The translations under genes and the position numbers were made by a program. A stretch of 63,994 nucleotides of DNA, counting the filler, from Collodictyon triciliatum (Eukaryota), in the NCBI GenBank assembly GCA_043381765.1. It is 16 parts of 16 records of this genome, joined end to end, with 100 filler letters (N's around TTAATTAATTAA, not from the genome) between each part and the next. Parts side by side here need not be neighbours in the genome. Positions count along the whole stretch, not along the records: positions 25,111 to 29,180 come from JBHJMP010006522.1; positions 29,281 to 33,349 come from JBHJMP010006523.1; positions 33,450 to 37,517 come from JBHJMP010006524.1; 13 more parts are not named here. The stretch is one strand, 5' to 3'. Shown here in pieces: positions 25,348-37,617 of this stretch. Numbering within the stretch: position 1 is the first letter of the stretch; every line of letters begins with the position of its first letter. The notes under the pieces were generated by a model. That model worked only from the letters and a program-made list of their open reading frames with translations. It ran no database searches and had not been told where the DNA came from.

Positions 25348-27324
25348 ATGGAAGTTGTGCCTCTAGAGCGCCAGCTTAGGGTTGAAGAGATAGATAATAG
25401 AGGAGTTTGGGGGGACGAAGATAACGAGCCTAGTAGCAGCAAGGATTCTAAAGTCAGACAAGAGAACTCCTCATGCGAAAACAATATTCCCGATCATGGT
25501 TCCCCTCCGCCGCAGCCAAAGGAAGTCCAAAAATCTATTGTTACGCTTACTTTGCATAGGAAGGTCAAGCTCATTGATCGCAAAAAAAATATTTTTTTCT
25601 CGTTTTTTAGGAATGAAGAGAAACTCATGCCTCTGTTTAGGCTCTATAGATCAAAGTTCATGTCATTTTTAACTGCAAGTATATGGATTCCAACAGATAT
25701 CATTTTTTTATCCGTATGTCTTGGAAAGCCAATCACATCGACAATTACATACTGCATTCTTCAGGTTATTTGCACAGCACAAATAACTTTGTGGAACGCT
25801 TGCTATTTGCGAACTGATATTATAAAAGAAATATCAAAAACATTTAGCTTCTGGTACTCGATTCTCAATATTACAGCATTCCTCGTATGTTTTTGGTTGC
25901 TTTGGGGAAGAAAACTTGAGAGTATGTGTGGAGTAATTCATATGTCATCGAGCTTGCTGCTTGTAATCTTTAATGATGCCCATGCTGGAAAAAAACATGT
26001 AATTATGAGGAGTGTCATGTGTCTAGCATTGACAAATTTTGTCGTACTTTGGTTTATAATTCAATTTCAAAGGACAACATTTGAGGTAGAATCAATTTAT
26101 CTCTCCGGAGTGGAATTAATCAACATCAGACTGCAAGCTTTAGATTGCATATCGACCATGATAATGTATTTATTCCGCATTTTCTACGTTCACTATTTCT
26201 ATAAAAATTCAAACATGGTAACATTTCTGTCAGAATTTTATGATATTGTCACCAGGGAGAAAAGGCCCCCTGCATCACCCACAATGAATGAACGTTCTCT
26301 ACAAAATATGAAAGATGAGGTTGCAGCAAATGGAGGAGGACACATTTGTAGAGGTGATAGTATAATGTATCCCATTATTCCAAATGTAAACATTGTGGAA
26401 GAATCAAATGATAAACATTTACAACCTGATAATAGAGTTGAGTATAACCAAAGCCTTTGTGAGCTTCAAAGTATTCGTAATCCTGCGCCGCCAATTGAAT
26501 CAACATCAGTTATCAGATCGGAACTGGTGAGCAGTCAAAATAATATACAAAATTTTTCGGACGTGGATAGCAACACATTCCTTATTATGGGGATTGTGGA
26601 GAGCAAGACGATTGAGTATAACCTTCACGATACATGGTTTCACATTATTGTTCAACCAAATCTCCCTTTGTTGGCCAAAGTCCTTCGCGGGAGGATTTAT
26701 AACATTGCTGGAATTTTTACAACAATACTCTCCATGGTGTTTTGCGTTCCTGCCGTTATAGGAGTAAGTATTCAGTTATTTGAATATTTTCCTTACCTAA
26801 AGCAAGCTGTCGTCGTAATGGGGTCATTCTTTTTGTTGCAACAATCAATTATTGCATCAAACATTTCTATGATAAAGAGAATGCTTTACTCTTTTGATTT
26901 TTGGTACTTCATTTTTCTTGTTGTTAAAGTGTTTGTATCAACAAGCATCTTGTCTTCCTGGCAAACTGGAGTAGTTTTTTGGAGTTTTGCTATGCTGTTG
27001 CTCTTTTGGCTGGTTTTGGTCGATTCGTTTCACCTGAAAAGTCGTAAATTGACATACTTTTCGATTGTTGGCATCATCTGGTGCCTGGCTACGACCGTGA
27101 TATGTAAACTCGGTATAGGTGAGACTTATATCGAAGACAGGTATATTTATTTCCACGGAAGACAAGTCCTTTCCCCTAGAATAACCCTATCTTCATCGCT
27201 CTTTTCCGTCTCCCTGTTCCTTTGCCGTTTTTTGTGGAGCTACCATAGAAACCCAAACCGAATGCTGTTCATTACGGAAAATGTCCAACTTCAGGAAATC
27301 CGAAAGCCGCAGCCGGCAGAATGA
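25348..27324 (+). CDS. Intronless 658-aa polytopic membrane protein with two internally duplicated TM domains; function unknown
   Basis: Long uninterrupted ORF; two hydrophobic blocks, each containing (S/T)F(S/D)FWY, separated by a hydrophilic linker. Confidence 0.8.
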   Translation: MEVVPLERQLRVEEIDNRGVWGDEDNEPSSSKDSKVRQENSSCENNIPDHGSPPPQPKEVQKSIVTLTLHRKVKLIDRKKNIFFSFFRNEEKLMPLFRLYRSKFMSFLTASIWIPTDIIFLSVCLGKPITSTITYCILQVICTAQITLWNACYLRTDIIKEISKTFSFWYSILNITAFLVCFWLLWGRKLESMCGVIHMSSSLLLVIFNDAHAGKKHVIMRSVMCLALTNFVVLWFIIQFQRTTFEVESIYLSGVELINIRLQALDCISTMIMYLFRIFYVHYFYKNSNMVTFLSEFYDIVTREKRPPASPTMNERSLQNMKDEVAANGGGHICRGDSIMYPIIPNVNIVEESNDKHLQPDNRVEYNQSLCELQSIRNPAPPIESTSVIRSELVSSQNNIQNFSDVDSNTFLIMGIVESKTIEYNLHDTWFHIIVQPNLPLLAKVLRGRIYNIAGIFTTILSMVFCVPAVIGVSIQLFEYFPYLKQAVVVMGSFFLLQQSIIASNISMIKRMLYSFDFWYFIFLVVKVFVSTSILSSWQTGVVFWSFAMLLLFWLVLVDSFHLKSRKLTYFSIVGIIWCLATTVICKLGIGETYIEDRYIYFHGRQVLSPRITLSSSLFSVSLFLCRFLWSYHRNPNRMLFITENVQLQEIRKPQPAE

Positions 27325-27837
27325 ATATGGCGTGAGCCATGGGAGCAACCCGGGAATACATAAATGCCTGGCGGTTTTTGCCCCTGCTTTGCATATACAT
27401 TAGTGTCATTTTTATTCTGGCGAGTTGGCCTCTGATTACCTATGCTCCTGCAAATACTTGCCAAAAATTTTTTTAACTTAACAATCAGAAAAGAGTTACA
27501 AATTCAACAACTTCAGAAATAAGCAGGCCAAACAACCCCATCATTGCGAAGAGCAAAGACCTATCAATCTGGGCTTTAAAGCATGGCTGGGAAGGAAGTG
27601 GTGCGCTTTGATAAAACAGAAGTATGCCAAAATAGGGCGAGGGAATTGTAAGAACAACCGCCTTGGGATTTATATGAGTCCTTTATTAACGGGTCATAAA
27701 GTGCGCATTTAAAAGAAGCTGCAAGCAACGCAAGGGTGTCAGAAGGCAGAGAGCAGAAGCACATATGATGACTGAGTAACAAGGATATTCGCCTGGACCG
27801 AATAGAAGAGCTGCAAACTCCTGAGACGTAAATGTTG

Positions 27838-29163
27838 TCAGCAGCACCCAGAACCGGAGCTAACAGGTTTTCCAGCACCCGGCTGGACAACTGAAGTTCT
27901 TCGTTGAGTTTGCGAGCTAGATTATGGCAGTTGTTGGATTACTAGTTTTCTACTTTTGACAAGGAAAAAAAAAAGGACTTTGACGTGATAGTAAAAATAA
28001 TGGTAATAGTATATAAAAAAATATATGATTTGATCATTCAGCTTTCAGGTGAAAAGTAAGAGACTGACATCGAATTTACAATCTCAGTGATGAGGTTCAT
28101 GAATGCATCCAAAACATTCTCGCCAGACTTTGCGCTCGACTCAAGATATTTAATGCTCTTTGAATCAGCCAGTGCCTGCAAAATATCATTTTTAGGGTCG
28201 CCGCGAAATAATAAGCATTATGTAATCGTATTTCCGGTCACTCAGAATTTATATCACAAAAATAAAATGAAAGGATAAAAAAAAGGCGTTGAAGCTTCTA
28301 TAGGAGAATGAAATGGCTTTATCTTAAGATATCTGAGGTTTGGTGTTTATATAACCACTTCAGTTAAGAAGATATGTATCCATTGATAACTTACTGCCGC
28401 CTCAGGACGACCCACCACACGATCCTTGACCAAGTCGATCTTATTTCCAACCAGAACAGTGACCTTCGTACAAAAAGTTTTTGTCAATAAAAGCTGGCCG
28501 ATGTTCCGGTAAGGGGATGAGGGAAAGAAAAGTATATCGTTGGCATGAACTTACCACGTTGGGGTTAGCGTGTTGATTGATTTCACTAAACCAGTACTGG
28601 AGATGATCAAATGAGGGCTTGCTTGTGACATCATAAACAACTAGGATACCATGAGCACCATGATAATAGGACTGTGTGATGGCACGAAAGCGGTCCTGGC
28701 CAGCTGTGTCCCAGTGAGTTTTGTTAAAGACAACATCCAAAAAAAGTGTATATACCAACTTTGGGTGTCGAAAAGAGGAACGCATGCCTGGGCACTTTTC
28801 GTACACTTGAAGTCAAGAGCCAAAAATAAAAACAAAAATAAAAAAACCTCTGAGCCATAAATGTAAATAACATTCAACTATTATTCTTCTTCACATAATC
28901 CATTATTGCAAAGGTCACAACAATCGAATAAACAAAAATTGAAAGGATATTATTTGAAGCTTAATTATCTTGTCCTGCATGTTCAGTGTCTTGATTTTCT
29001 AAGATTTTTAAAAGTATAGTTCAGTGCTAATGCACGCTAATTAATGAGTATGAGAAAAGGCATATTGCAAATATTACAGCAGTTTTGGTTTGTATCTATC
29101 ATTTATTTTTCATACAAAATCCACTCCAATGGTGCTGATAAAGTGGTCACTGTAGGAGTCATC
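27838..29163 (-). CDS. Rab1-like small GTPase (5' exon(s) off-contig); contains an AT-AC U12 intron
   Basis: Spliced: [60 protein letters not shown]...|[11 protein letters not shown]...|...[12 protein letters not shown]...|...SSGSGCC* (G2-G5 motifs, terminal CC prenylation motif). Confidence 0.92.
28714..28950 (-). other. U12-type AT-AC intron (237 nt)
   Basis: 5' end ATATCCTTT; branch-site-like TCTTTAAC ending 9 nt before the exon; terminal AC; removal joins KLQI to WDTAGQ exactly. Confidence 0.9.
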
Positions 29164-29280
29164 CTATTATAAGCCATTGTNNNNNNNNNNNNNNNNNNNN
29201 NNNNNNNNNNNNNNNNNNNNNNNNTTAATTAATTAANNNNNNNNNNNNNNNNNNNNNNNNNNNNNNNNNNNNNNNNNNNN

Positions 29281-29373
<93 letters not shown>
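29281..29373 (+). repeat. (ATT)n microsatellite; others at about 30706-30798, 60274-60370 and (AAT)n at 62107-62243
   Basis: Directly visible. Confidence 0.95.
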
Positions 29374-29376
<3 letters not shown>

Positions 29377-29443
29377 TACTTCTGTGGAGCACATTAGCAG
29401 AAAAAAAATAAAAAGAAACAGTTTACAAGAACACAATAATTAC

Positions 29444-30601
29444 ATGCGTTGCAGACTGGCTCTGACTTGAATCCAACGGATTCGCACCAACAGCCTTATC
29501 GAAAGCCCTGGGCGTCTCCACCTGTTCCTCAGCAGCACGAGGCAGCGACGCAGAATCCGCCAACACACGACTCTTTGCATTGGAGACAGAAACACGGGCG
29601 TCGGCCTCTGCCAACAAAGCGGCAGTGGTGTTGGATTCGACGGCATCAGCAGAGCCAAGAGCATCCACGCGGGGCTGAGTGGGCGGGCCAACAAAGGGAG
29701 TGGACGGGCGAATCTGTGCGTCTGTGCGAAGGTCGCCAGGGCCGTCTGTCTGGGTGGCGGCGGCAAAGCGGGGCGGCTCGGGCAGCGTAGCAGTTGCCTT
29801 GGACTCGAGGATCGGCGGCGGAGGGCAGGCTGCGATCTGCGCGCGGAGGGCGGCGGCTGAGGCGGTAGCGTCGTGGAGGGCGGCGGTGAGTTGATACCTA
29901 ATATGGAGGGAGTCGTGGAGCTCTGCACGGATCTGGTCGGCCTGCAGCTCGGCCTGGGCAAGGAGGTCCTGCAGGCGCACTTTATCAGCCAGCAGGCTCT
30001 TGAGGAAGGCCTCGGACTTTGCCCGCGCGTCCTGCTCGGCCTGCAGCTCCAGACGGAGGCGCGCGCACTCGGCCTCACGCGGGTGGCCGGCCAGACGCTC
30101 GACTCCGGCGCCAGCCACAGCCGCCACAAAGCGCTGCAGAATGCGGGTCTGCAGCTCGTCGTGTTGCAGGAGCAGCGGCGGGATGGTGAGCGCGGGCGCG
30201 GAGGCGGTTGAGGATGCCAAAGAGGGAAGGCTGTGTGGCGGGCGGCTCGTCAGGGCGCTGGAGGCGTCGACCAGCAGATTCAGCAGCTCGAAGCGGATGC
30301 GGTTGCACTCTTCCAGCTGCGCGAGGCGCGGGCCGGCCACAGAGGGAGGTGCTGCAGAGGGGGGCGGGCGTGTCTGTGGCGGCGTCGGTGGGCGGCGTGG
30401 GCGCACCGGGGTCCCCATGGCGATGGGCGACGGCCATGCGGAGTCTGCGCCCAGGCTGTGGAACGACGTCGACGTCTCCGACAAGGGCACCTGCGACTCG
30501 AACGTGGTGTCCAGCGCGTCTTCGTACTGCTCCCATGCCCCGAACAGCAGGCTGCGCTGTGTGCGTGGTGTGCCGTGGTGGTCTGCGTCCGAGGTGTCCA
30601 T
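29444..30601 (-). CDS. Large GC-rich first exon of a coiled-coil protein of unknown function
   Basis: Long ORF with strong GC3 bias and a heptad-like segment (CARLRLELQAEQDARAKSEAFLKSLLADKVRLQDLL); ends at a GTAATT donor. Confidence 0.7.
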
Positions 30602-30698
30602 GGCGGCTCTGTGCTGCGCTGATTGTGCTCTTGTTATTTTTTTATTGTCTGGCTCTATTGTTGTGGTTGGGTCGTACTCTATAGGTTGTTTTATTTAA

Positions 30699-30799
<101 letters not shown>

Positions 30800-31480
30800 T
30801 TGTGAGATCATTTTTCAGCTCGGAAGTGTGCTTCCAATGAGTGTGGATCGCGAGTCAGAGGGTTGCGTGATGGCAAGCGCACCTTTTTTTTTTTTTTTTT
30901 TTTGAATATTCGAATTCTGGGTTTCTTAAATTTTGAAAATCATATTTTACATTATATATTTATAAATAATTATTTTTATAATAATTATGTTAATGTTGTG
31001 CATATAAAATGATTGTAAAGAAAATTTAATAATATATTGTTGATTCCAGAAATAAGAGACTCTTCATTAACCGTTTTTGGGTTTTGCCAACGGGTTTCCC
31101 CTTTCGTGATCAGTATTTCTTTTTTTCTCATCCAGCAGCCAATCACAATCCAACAACGAACCCCACCCCAGCAATTCGCCCAGCATCAACATCAAGATTG
31201 TCTGAGAAGCCAAGAGTCTATAACACATATCGCACATCACGCACCAAGCGCACTCTCTTTGCATACAACAAGGTCGAGCGTGTGAGTTGGAGCACAAGTG
31301 GCAGAATTAACACGCTTCAAGAGGCATTGAGAGGGGCGAGGATTTTTACTTTATGTCGCAGGATTATCCTCATTTTGTGTCCATGCTCTATCTCCCCAAT
31401 CGGCGTGTATTTTTTTTTTTATTTCTGTATTGGAGTTGGGGCGTGACTACTTACTCCAGGGATTGTGCAGAGCGGCAGGG

Positions 31481-32865
31481 ATGGTTCTGAAGAAAATAAG
31501 CGCCGACGAACTGAGACCGTCGCCAGCCTTCAGCCGCGCAGGAAAGGCCTCTGCCGCAGTGCTGTTGGGTCATGCTTGTGAGTAATTCGCCCTTTCCTTT
31601 GCAACAAACACGTTAGCTAGCAAACGTGGAGCCATCGTTGCCTGCAGCAGTGGCCCGTTACCATCGTGTTGGAAATGCGTTTGTAGTCCGTGTTTTTGTT
31701 CAAAGAAAAAAAAGGAAAGAAAAGAAAGAAAACTCAACCATCTCTTCTTTTCTTCTTTCATTTGACCTCCTTTGTACGACGATTAGTATTCAGCTCCCAT
31801 GAACATTCTCCACATAAACCAGAGGATGAAGTTGTGGAGAAGCCCACAGAGGCACGCAGAGAAGAGCACGTGGACGGGCCGCATGCGCATGATAGGTACA
31901 TCCATTCGGAGCCACTTGCCGCTTTGCCTTTTCAGTCCTTTTGAGTTTATGCTGATATAAGTTGATTTGCATATATTCGTCCGATTGCAGTACCTATCTT
32001 CTTCCTGAGTAGTCGACTATAATTCATTTCAAAAAAAATGTCGTTGTTTACAGTATTTGACCGATAATAGAAACACCGAAACCACTTTTCACTTTCCCAT
32101 ATGAATCCCTTTTTTCTTTTCTGGAGCCAACAAGTATCGGTTTAAATATTGAATCCATACAGAGGCCGAGATCGCGTGATAAGTTCATCACCAAGAGTAA
32201 CCATGGAAGCAGAGCTAAACCAGGTTTCTACATTGGTTCGGCGCATGCATAGCTCACTTGCCTATGTTTTCTTTTAATTATCTATTTTATTGGTGTATTA
32301 TCGCTCACCCTTGTCCAATCTTGCTTTTGACACAAGTAACTCGCATTTATCAACATTAAAAGTCACACACTTGAATCTATACAGACCCCCGGCACAAAGC
32401 TTCTTATTCCAAGGGAACTTGGTGAGGATGAGCCTAGCGAGCTGGTGATCAATTTCTTAGGTAAAAACTCATACACCTTTACATGAATTGCTTCTTTACC
32501 CCTTACTTCCTCCAAAAGCTTAAGCTTTATGCCATGACTCTATCACTCTGATGAATATGGCTCTTTATGTCTCGAATTTCTTGCGCATATATATGCTTTA
32601 GTTGAATCCTGATAAATCACTATATCTACGGTCCCATGTATTTGATTCATACTCTATTTTCTATCCCTCCTATTCCACAGCAAAAGCATCCAAAGAAAAA
32701 GCTGAAGCTGACGATGTAAAGCCAAAGTCACTAGTAAAGGAAATCAAACCCGAAGACATGGTTTGTCCAAAATGCTGTAAATTTTGCCTGTATTTTTTTC
32801 TTCACAAAGAGATATGTCGGGCACGCAATATAGCTTTTTATTCTTATAGATTTTTTTATTCTCCT

Positions 32866-32905
<40 letters not shown>

Positions 32906-33349
32906 GAGCATCTTTTTGGAGCTGACAACGAGGAAAGCAAAGTCGAGACAGACCATGCAAAGCATCCTTCTGGACAAAAACTCCTTGTTGAACACGGCTC
33001 ATCAGCATTTCTTGCCCCAGATCGCTGGAAGCAATTCAAGAAGTTTGCCCCTCCTCCAGTCGGACATTACCGACCACGTGAAACAATCACCACCCACAGG
33101 TCTAACTTTGCCTATCACTATGAAATGAACCTCTTAACTATATTTCGATTATAATTACTTTTTTTTAATTAAATACTATTGGCAGGTATTTGTCACCCTT
33201 TCTTAGTTACTCTACGTTTTCCATTGGATTGTATAACTAATGTTACGTTATCTAGGATACCAGAATACGACTTTGGTTTACACAACTCAAACCCAAGAAA
33301 GGACAAGACAGATACTTTGAACTCTCCTGGCGTTGAGGCTAAAGTTGGA
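31481..33349 (+). CDS. Multi-exon protein, 5' part; possible PG-rich-repeat (STPG/SHIPPO-like) axonemal protein
   Basis: Seven GT-AG exons splice in frame from MVLKKISADELR; includes SSAFLAPDR...PPPVGHYRP...IPEYDFG. The family assignment is tentative. Confidence 0.6.
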
Positions 33350-33449
33350 NNNNNNNNNNNNNNNNNNNNNNNNNNNNNNNNNNNNNNNNNNNNTTAATTA
33401 ATTAANNNNNNNNNNNNNNNNNNNNNNNNNNNNNNNNNNNNNNNNNNNN

Positions 33450-33547
33450 ACAAACAAACAAACAAACAAACAAACAAACAAACAAACAAACAAACAAACA
33501 AACAAACAAACAAACAAACAAACAAACAAACAAACAAGCAAACAAAC
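33450..33547 (+). repeat. (CAAA)n microsatellite
   Basis: Directly visible; the complementary (TTTG)n occurs at 49916-50018. Confidence 0.95.
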
Positions 33548-35437
33548 TAAAGCCAAATGCTTGGCGGTGGCGTCCTGCACTTTGTGATAAGGTTTCCATC
33601 AGTTCTTGCGTGTGTGATCCAGTTGGCGGATCATCATACACGCAGATACGTACCCTCATATCGCCCGGCAGCTTATTGTGGAGCACGCATTTAGCTGCCG
33701 ACGGCCACATCAGATCAGGCAACAAAAAAAATAAAAAATAAAAAATAAAAAGTAAAATAAAGAAAAGAAAAAGTTGCAAAGCACAGAAAAATTACTATTT
33801 AGTTACATATCGCGCACGCAACCCAAGTGTTGGGGAATATAAAGGACATTTCACCCATATTGGGTTAATTTTTTTTTTTTTTTTTTACAAAAATTCAAAA
33901 AGATTGCTGTATGACGGTGCAGTATGGACAATATTCAGCGAATATCGATACAAATCTGGAATTTATGATTGCGGTATTATGTCCAGATGCAGCCACACAG
34001 GCGGGTGTTTTAGGGTTGTTGTGGTGTGGTGTGCTTCCAAGCCCTTTAGATTGTGTTAGAGGATGCAAACACGAACTTCTTGCCGGAATAATATTGTGTT
34101 GACACAGGCTATACGTCTTGGGAGGTGCTTGAAATGTCATCGACAACGACGCATTGGAGTTCTTCCAAGTGTTGCAATCATGTTTCCGTTCGTACTCACA
34201 CTTAAAGCGCCCCTGACGCGGCAGATAACAAGCCATCCCTTACTATATCCTATAATGATAGATACTGCGATGTTGTTAAAAGACGAATAATCAGGATATC
34301 TGGCTCCATATACGACTCTTTAGCTCCTTCATGTGGGCTAGACGCTTCCTTTTTTTTTTTTACTTTTGTCTTACAATCCATGGGGTCTTGTGACCTTGGC
34401 ATACATAAAAGTAAACCATCATAACATTTGTATTGATTTAGTATCAGGTGGGAAAACTATGAACGATATATAGTGGTTAAGTTGGGACAAATTTGCAAGA
34501 AAATACGTGATGGACAAATGCGAGCAGTTGTGCCAGAAAATAGGGACAACCATGCGTGGCTGCAATATCTTTCTTTCATCCTAAATCGTCTGCCATAGGG
34601 TGCTGCAATCACATGTTGGTGGGCCTCAGCACACACGCCTTTTTTTAGGCCTTGGCATTCGTTCAAGGTTTTCCTCGGGCTCACCAAACAAAAAGAGGTC
34701 CATTGGAACCAGAAAAGAGGGGCCTTATCAAAATAAATTGCTTTAGGGTTTTTTTTCCACCAGAGAGCGTGTTCCAGGAAATGGCCCGTTCACTCTCTGC
34801 CACACCATCCAAGAATGCATACAACTACCTCTGCCTTCATCTAGGAATGGATGACATTTCTTCTGCTATGTCAGACATTAATGTATAGTGTAAGAAATAG
34901 AAAGTATTGTTAATTTTTTGAAAGGCTTTACGAGGTGCATTACCACGAGAGCAACCATCTGGTGGGTTGTGTCCATCAGAGAAAACAAACTGTAAATAAC
35001 TAGCGAAACAACAGAAAAAAGAACAAAGAAAAAAAATGAAAAATGAAAAATGAAAAATGAAAAATGAAAAAGAAAAATGAAAAAAGAAAAATGAAAAAAG
35101 AAAAATGAAAAAAGAAAAAGGTAGCAAAGCCAAGACAAGACGTTAGCAAAAAAACTTTTAAACTTAACTCTTTCCTTTCATACATCGTGATGACTCACTG
35201 AAATCATGGCATCTTCCGAGACACAATTGCGAGTTAAAACGCGAACCAATTTTTTCGAAAGCTCCCAAACATAATAAAATGCACAAAAAAATAACTCCAA
35301 TAATTAAGGGAGATGCCATGATATTTCACTCATAATAAAAAAAAAGCAACTTATTCTTGAAACCAAGAACAATTTGATTATTATTTATTGGTGAAATGAA
35401 ATGCTCAAAGTAAGACATCGCTTTCTTAAGTGACATT

Positions 35438-37297
35438 TCATTGCATGTTATGGATTTGGTCAAATATCCTTGTTGTTCGTTCTCTAAGTTCTCCTCGAAA
35501 CCGAACAATCCAGTTATCTTCTTCTCTAATATCCTTGCTGTATGTTATCCCATCCTTCCATTCTTTTTCGAGTTCGTCCATCGTCCACGTCAGCGCTCGT
35601 CCTGCTCGTGGCCCTTGTCGTCGCTCAATAAACTCTGCATATGTCCTATACCGATAGTGATAGTTTCGAAGAAATTCATCTGATTTTACATTGTCGCTTA
35701 CAATCCTTCGGCCCAGGTCCCTCTTCATTCGCACATAGTGCGGTCCGTAGTTCTGCATCCCGGCTGCCATGTCTGCTTTGAAGATGGACTTGGGAAAGTC
35801 TGATGACGGTCGTGTTGTGCGCTTGCATATGTCCATCATCAGCTCACCCTCCTTCCGTCGCTCTTCTCCACATGGCCCAAATGTAACCCACGTCACATGT
35901 ATGTTGGAGTGTCTGACCAGTTTGTTTTCTAGAACATCCTGGACTGACCTGTACGAAGGATGCGGTACAATAAACTCGTCCACATCAATCAGTGTCATCC
36001 ACCGGGTCGCCTTTCCATATCGGTTGATGCAGTCTGTATACGCCTCGGTTTGTGAATGAAGAAGCTTCCAGTGCCGCCGCACTATCAAATCTGAAGGGTA
36101 AAATGACAGGAGCTTCTCCATAAACTCATCCGGGTGGTCGTATGGGTTGTTGTCGTAGACGATGAAGCGACCGTAGCCCATCATTCGATGGAACTCGATC
36201 CACTCCACCATGTTATCTGCCTCCTTGCGGACCATCACGCAGATAGTCATATTGACATATGGGAGGGTGGTCACAGGAGATTCGATAATCACAGGATATG
36301 TGGATGACATGATTTCGGGGCGGTATGCAAGCTGCAGAGTTGTTTGGTTGGATACAGCGAAAGGGGGAAGGGGACAGTAAGTGAAGCTTGCATCACCAGG
36401 GGAAGCCAAGGTGTGATGATAGATGTTGCGGTGGGGGTCGAAATAGATGCAATACAGCTGGTTGCACTTGTCTGGGAACAAGATGTTTGGGAGGTAGAAG
36501 GATATGACGAGGAGGAAGTTTGGGTCATCAGAAGACATGATGGAATGGATGCGAAAGGGATGCCCTTCCCTCATAGTTAAGTCAAGCATAACTTTTCTTT
36601 GCTTTTTGATTCTGGTACCGATATTAACACCCCGAATCACCCACGTAAACGAGTTACAGCCACTCGCCAACGCGCGCGGACAGACTGCCTCGTGTTCTGA
36701 TTCACACCTGGCCTTTGCACTGGGGCGATTTCTCGTCAGCAAGTCTTTGTGAGGCGGGACGTTCTCATAAGTACATATAAGCTTGTTTGAGCACTGCACT
36801 TTGTTTGTGAGGTTGAAAGAAACGTATTTGGCCGAGGAGCAATGGTCTACGCAGCTGTGCATAGAGTGCTGAATCCAAATATCTTGAAATTTTCCTTGAG
36901 ACCATCGAAGAATCTCGTCTGTGCCGCGTGTCATGCCTGCGTCGTTCCTTTGGAAGTTGTTGATCGGATTTCTTTCGCTGGAGGGTTCAACTGTGTTGGA
37001 CACAGCGTTGCTTTGTGCAATATGTCGTGCAGACTCTGAAATGCTGCTTGGGTCTTTTGGACTGGGCTGTTTCCATTGTATGTGGTGTCCACTGTACTGT
37101 CTTCCCTGTGCTTCGGCTGTGTGGTGAAATAACTGTTCCAATATAAACTCTTTCTGACTGACATGGGGATTCTCAAGCACATCGGCTGTGTTGGGCTCTG
37201 CCATCCCGGAGTGGCCGTCGGCATGCCACAGGTAGAGCTCGAAAGCTAGGAATCCGAGGCTCACAAGGGCCAGAAAGATTCTTTTCCTTTGATCCAT
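35438..37297 (-). CDS. Intronless type II membrane glycosyltransferase, GT92/GT2-like
   Basis: N-terminal TM anchor; TICVMVRKEADNMVEWIEFHRMMGYGRFIVYDN; Q..AY.DC; DxD motif in WMTLIDVDEFIVP; PKSI; HY motifs. Confidence 0.88.
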   Translation of the reverse strand: MDQRKRIFLALVSLGFLAFELYLWHADGHSGMAEPNTADVLENPHVSQKEFILEQLFHHTAEAQGRQYSGHHIQWKQPSPKDPSSISESARHIAQSNAVSNTVEPSSERNPINNFQRNDAGMTRGTDEILRWSQGKFQDIWIQHSMHSCVDHCSSAKYVSFNLTNKVQCSNKLICTYENVPPHKDLLTRNRPSAKARCESEHEAVCPRALASGCNSFTWVIRGVNIGTRIKKQRKVMLDLTMREGHPFRIHSIMSSDDPNFLLVISFYLPNILFPDKCNQLYCIYFDPHRNIYHHTLASPGDASFTYCPLPPFAVSNQTTLQLAYRPEIMSSTYPVIIESPVTTLPYVNMTICVMVRKEADNMVEWIEFHRMMGYGRFIVYDNNPYDHPDEFMEKLLSFYPSDLIVRRHWKLLHSQTEAYTDCINRYGKATRWMTLIDVDEFIVPHPSYRSVQDVLENKLVRHSNIHVTWVTFGPCGEERRKEGELMMDICKRTTRPSSDFPKSIFKADMAAGMQNYGPHYVRMKRDLGRRIVSDNVKSDEFLRNYHYRYRTYAEFIERRQGPRAGRALTWTMDELEKEWKDGITYSKDIREEDNWIVRFRGELRERTTRIFDQIHNMQ

Positions 37298-37308
37298 TAG
37301 CCCCGCAG

Positions 37309-37372
<64 letters not shown>

Positions 37373-37617
37373 TAATTTAATGATGTTAAGTGCATTGGGC
37401 GGAAGGTATATAAATGCATAGAAATAATAAATAACAATAATAAAAAGGTTGAGAACACAAAGAGGGGAATAAATAAATAAATAAATAAATAAATAAATAT
37501 ATATATTTTTTTTTTTANNNNNNNNNNNNNNNNNNNNNNNNNNNNNNNNNNNNNNNNNNNNTTAATTAATTAANNNNNNNNNNNNNNNNNNNNNNNNNNN
37601 NNNNNNNNNNNNNNNNN

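Noticed and set aside
33900-34900. Hydrophobic coding-like fragments on the plus strand
   Set aside because: Multiple stops and no recognisable family; no gene model could be built.
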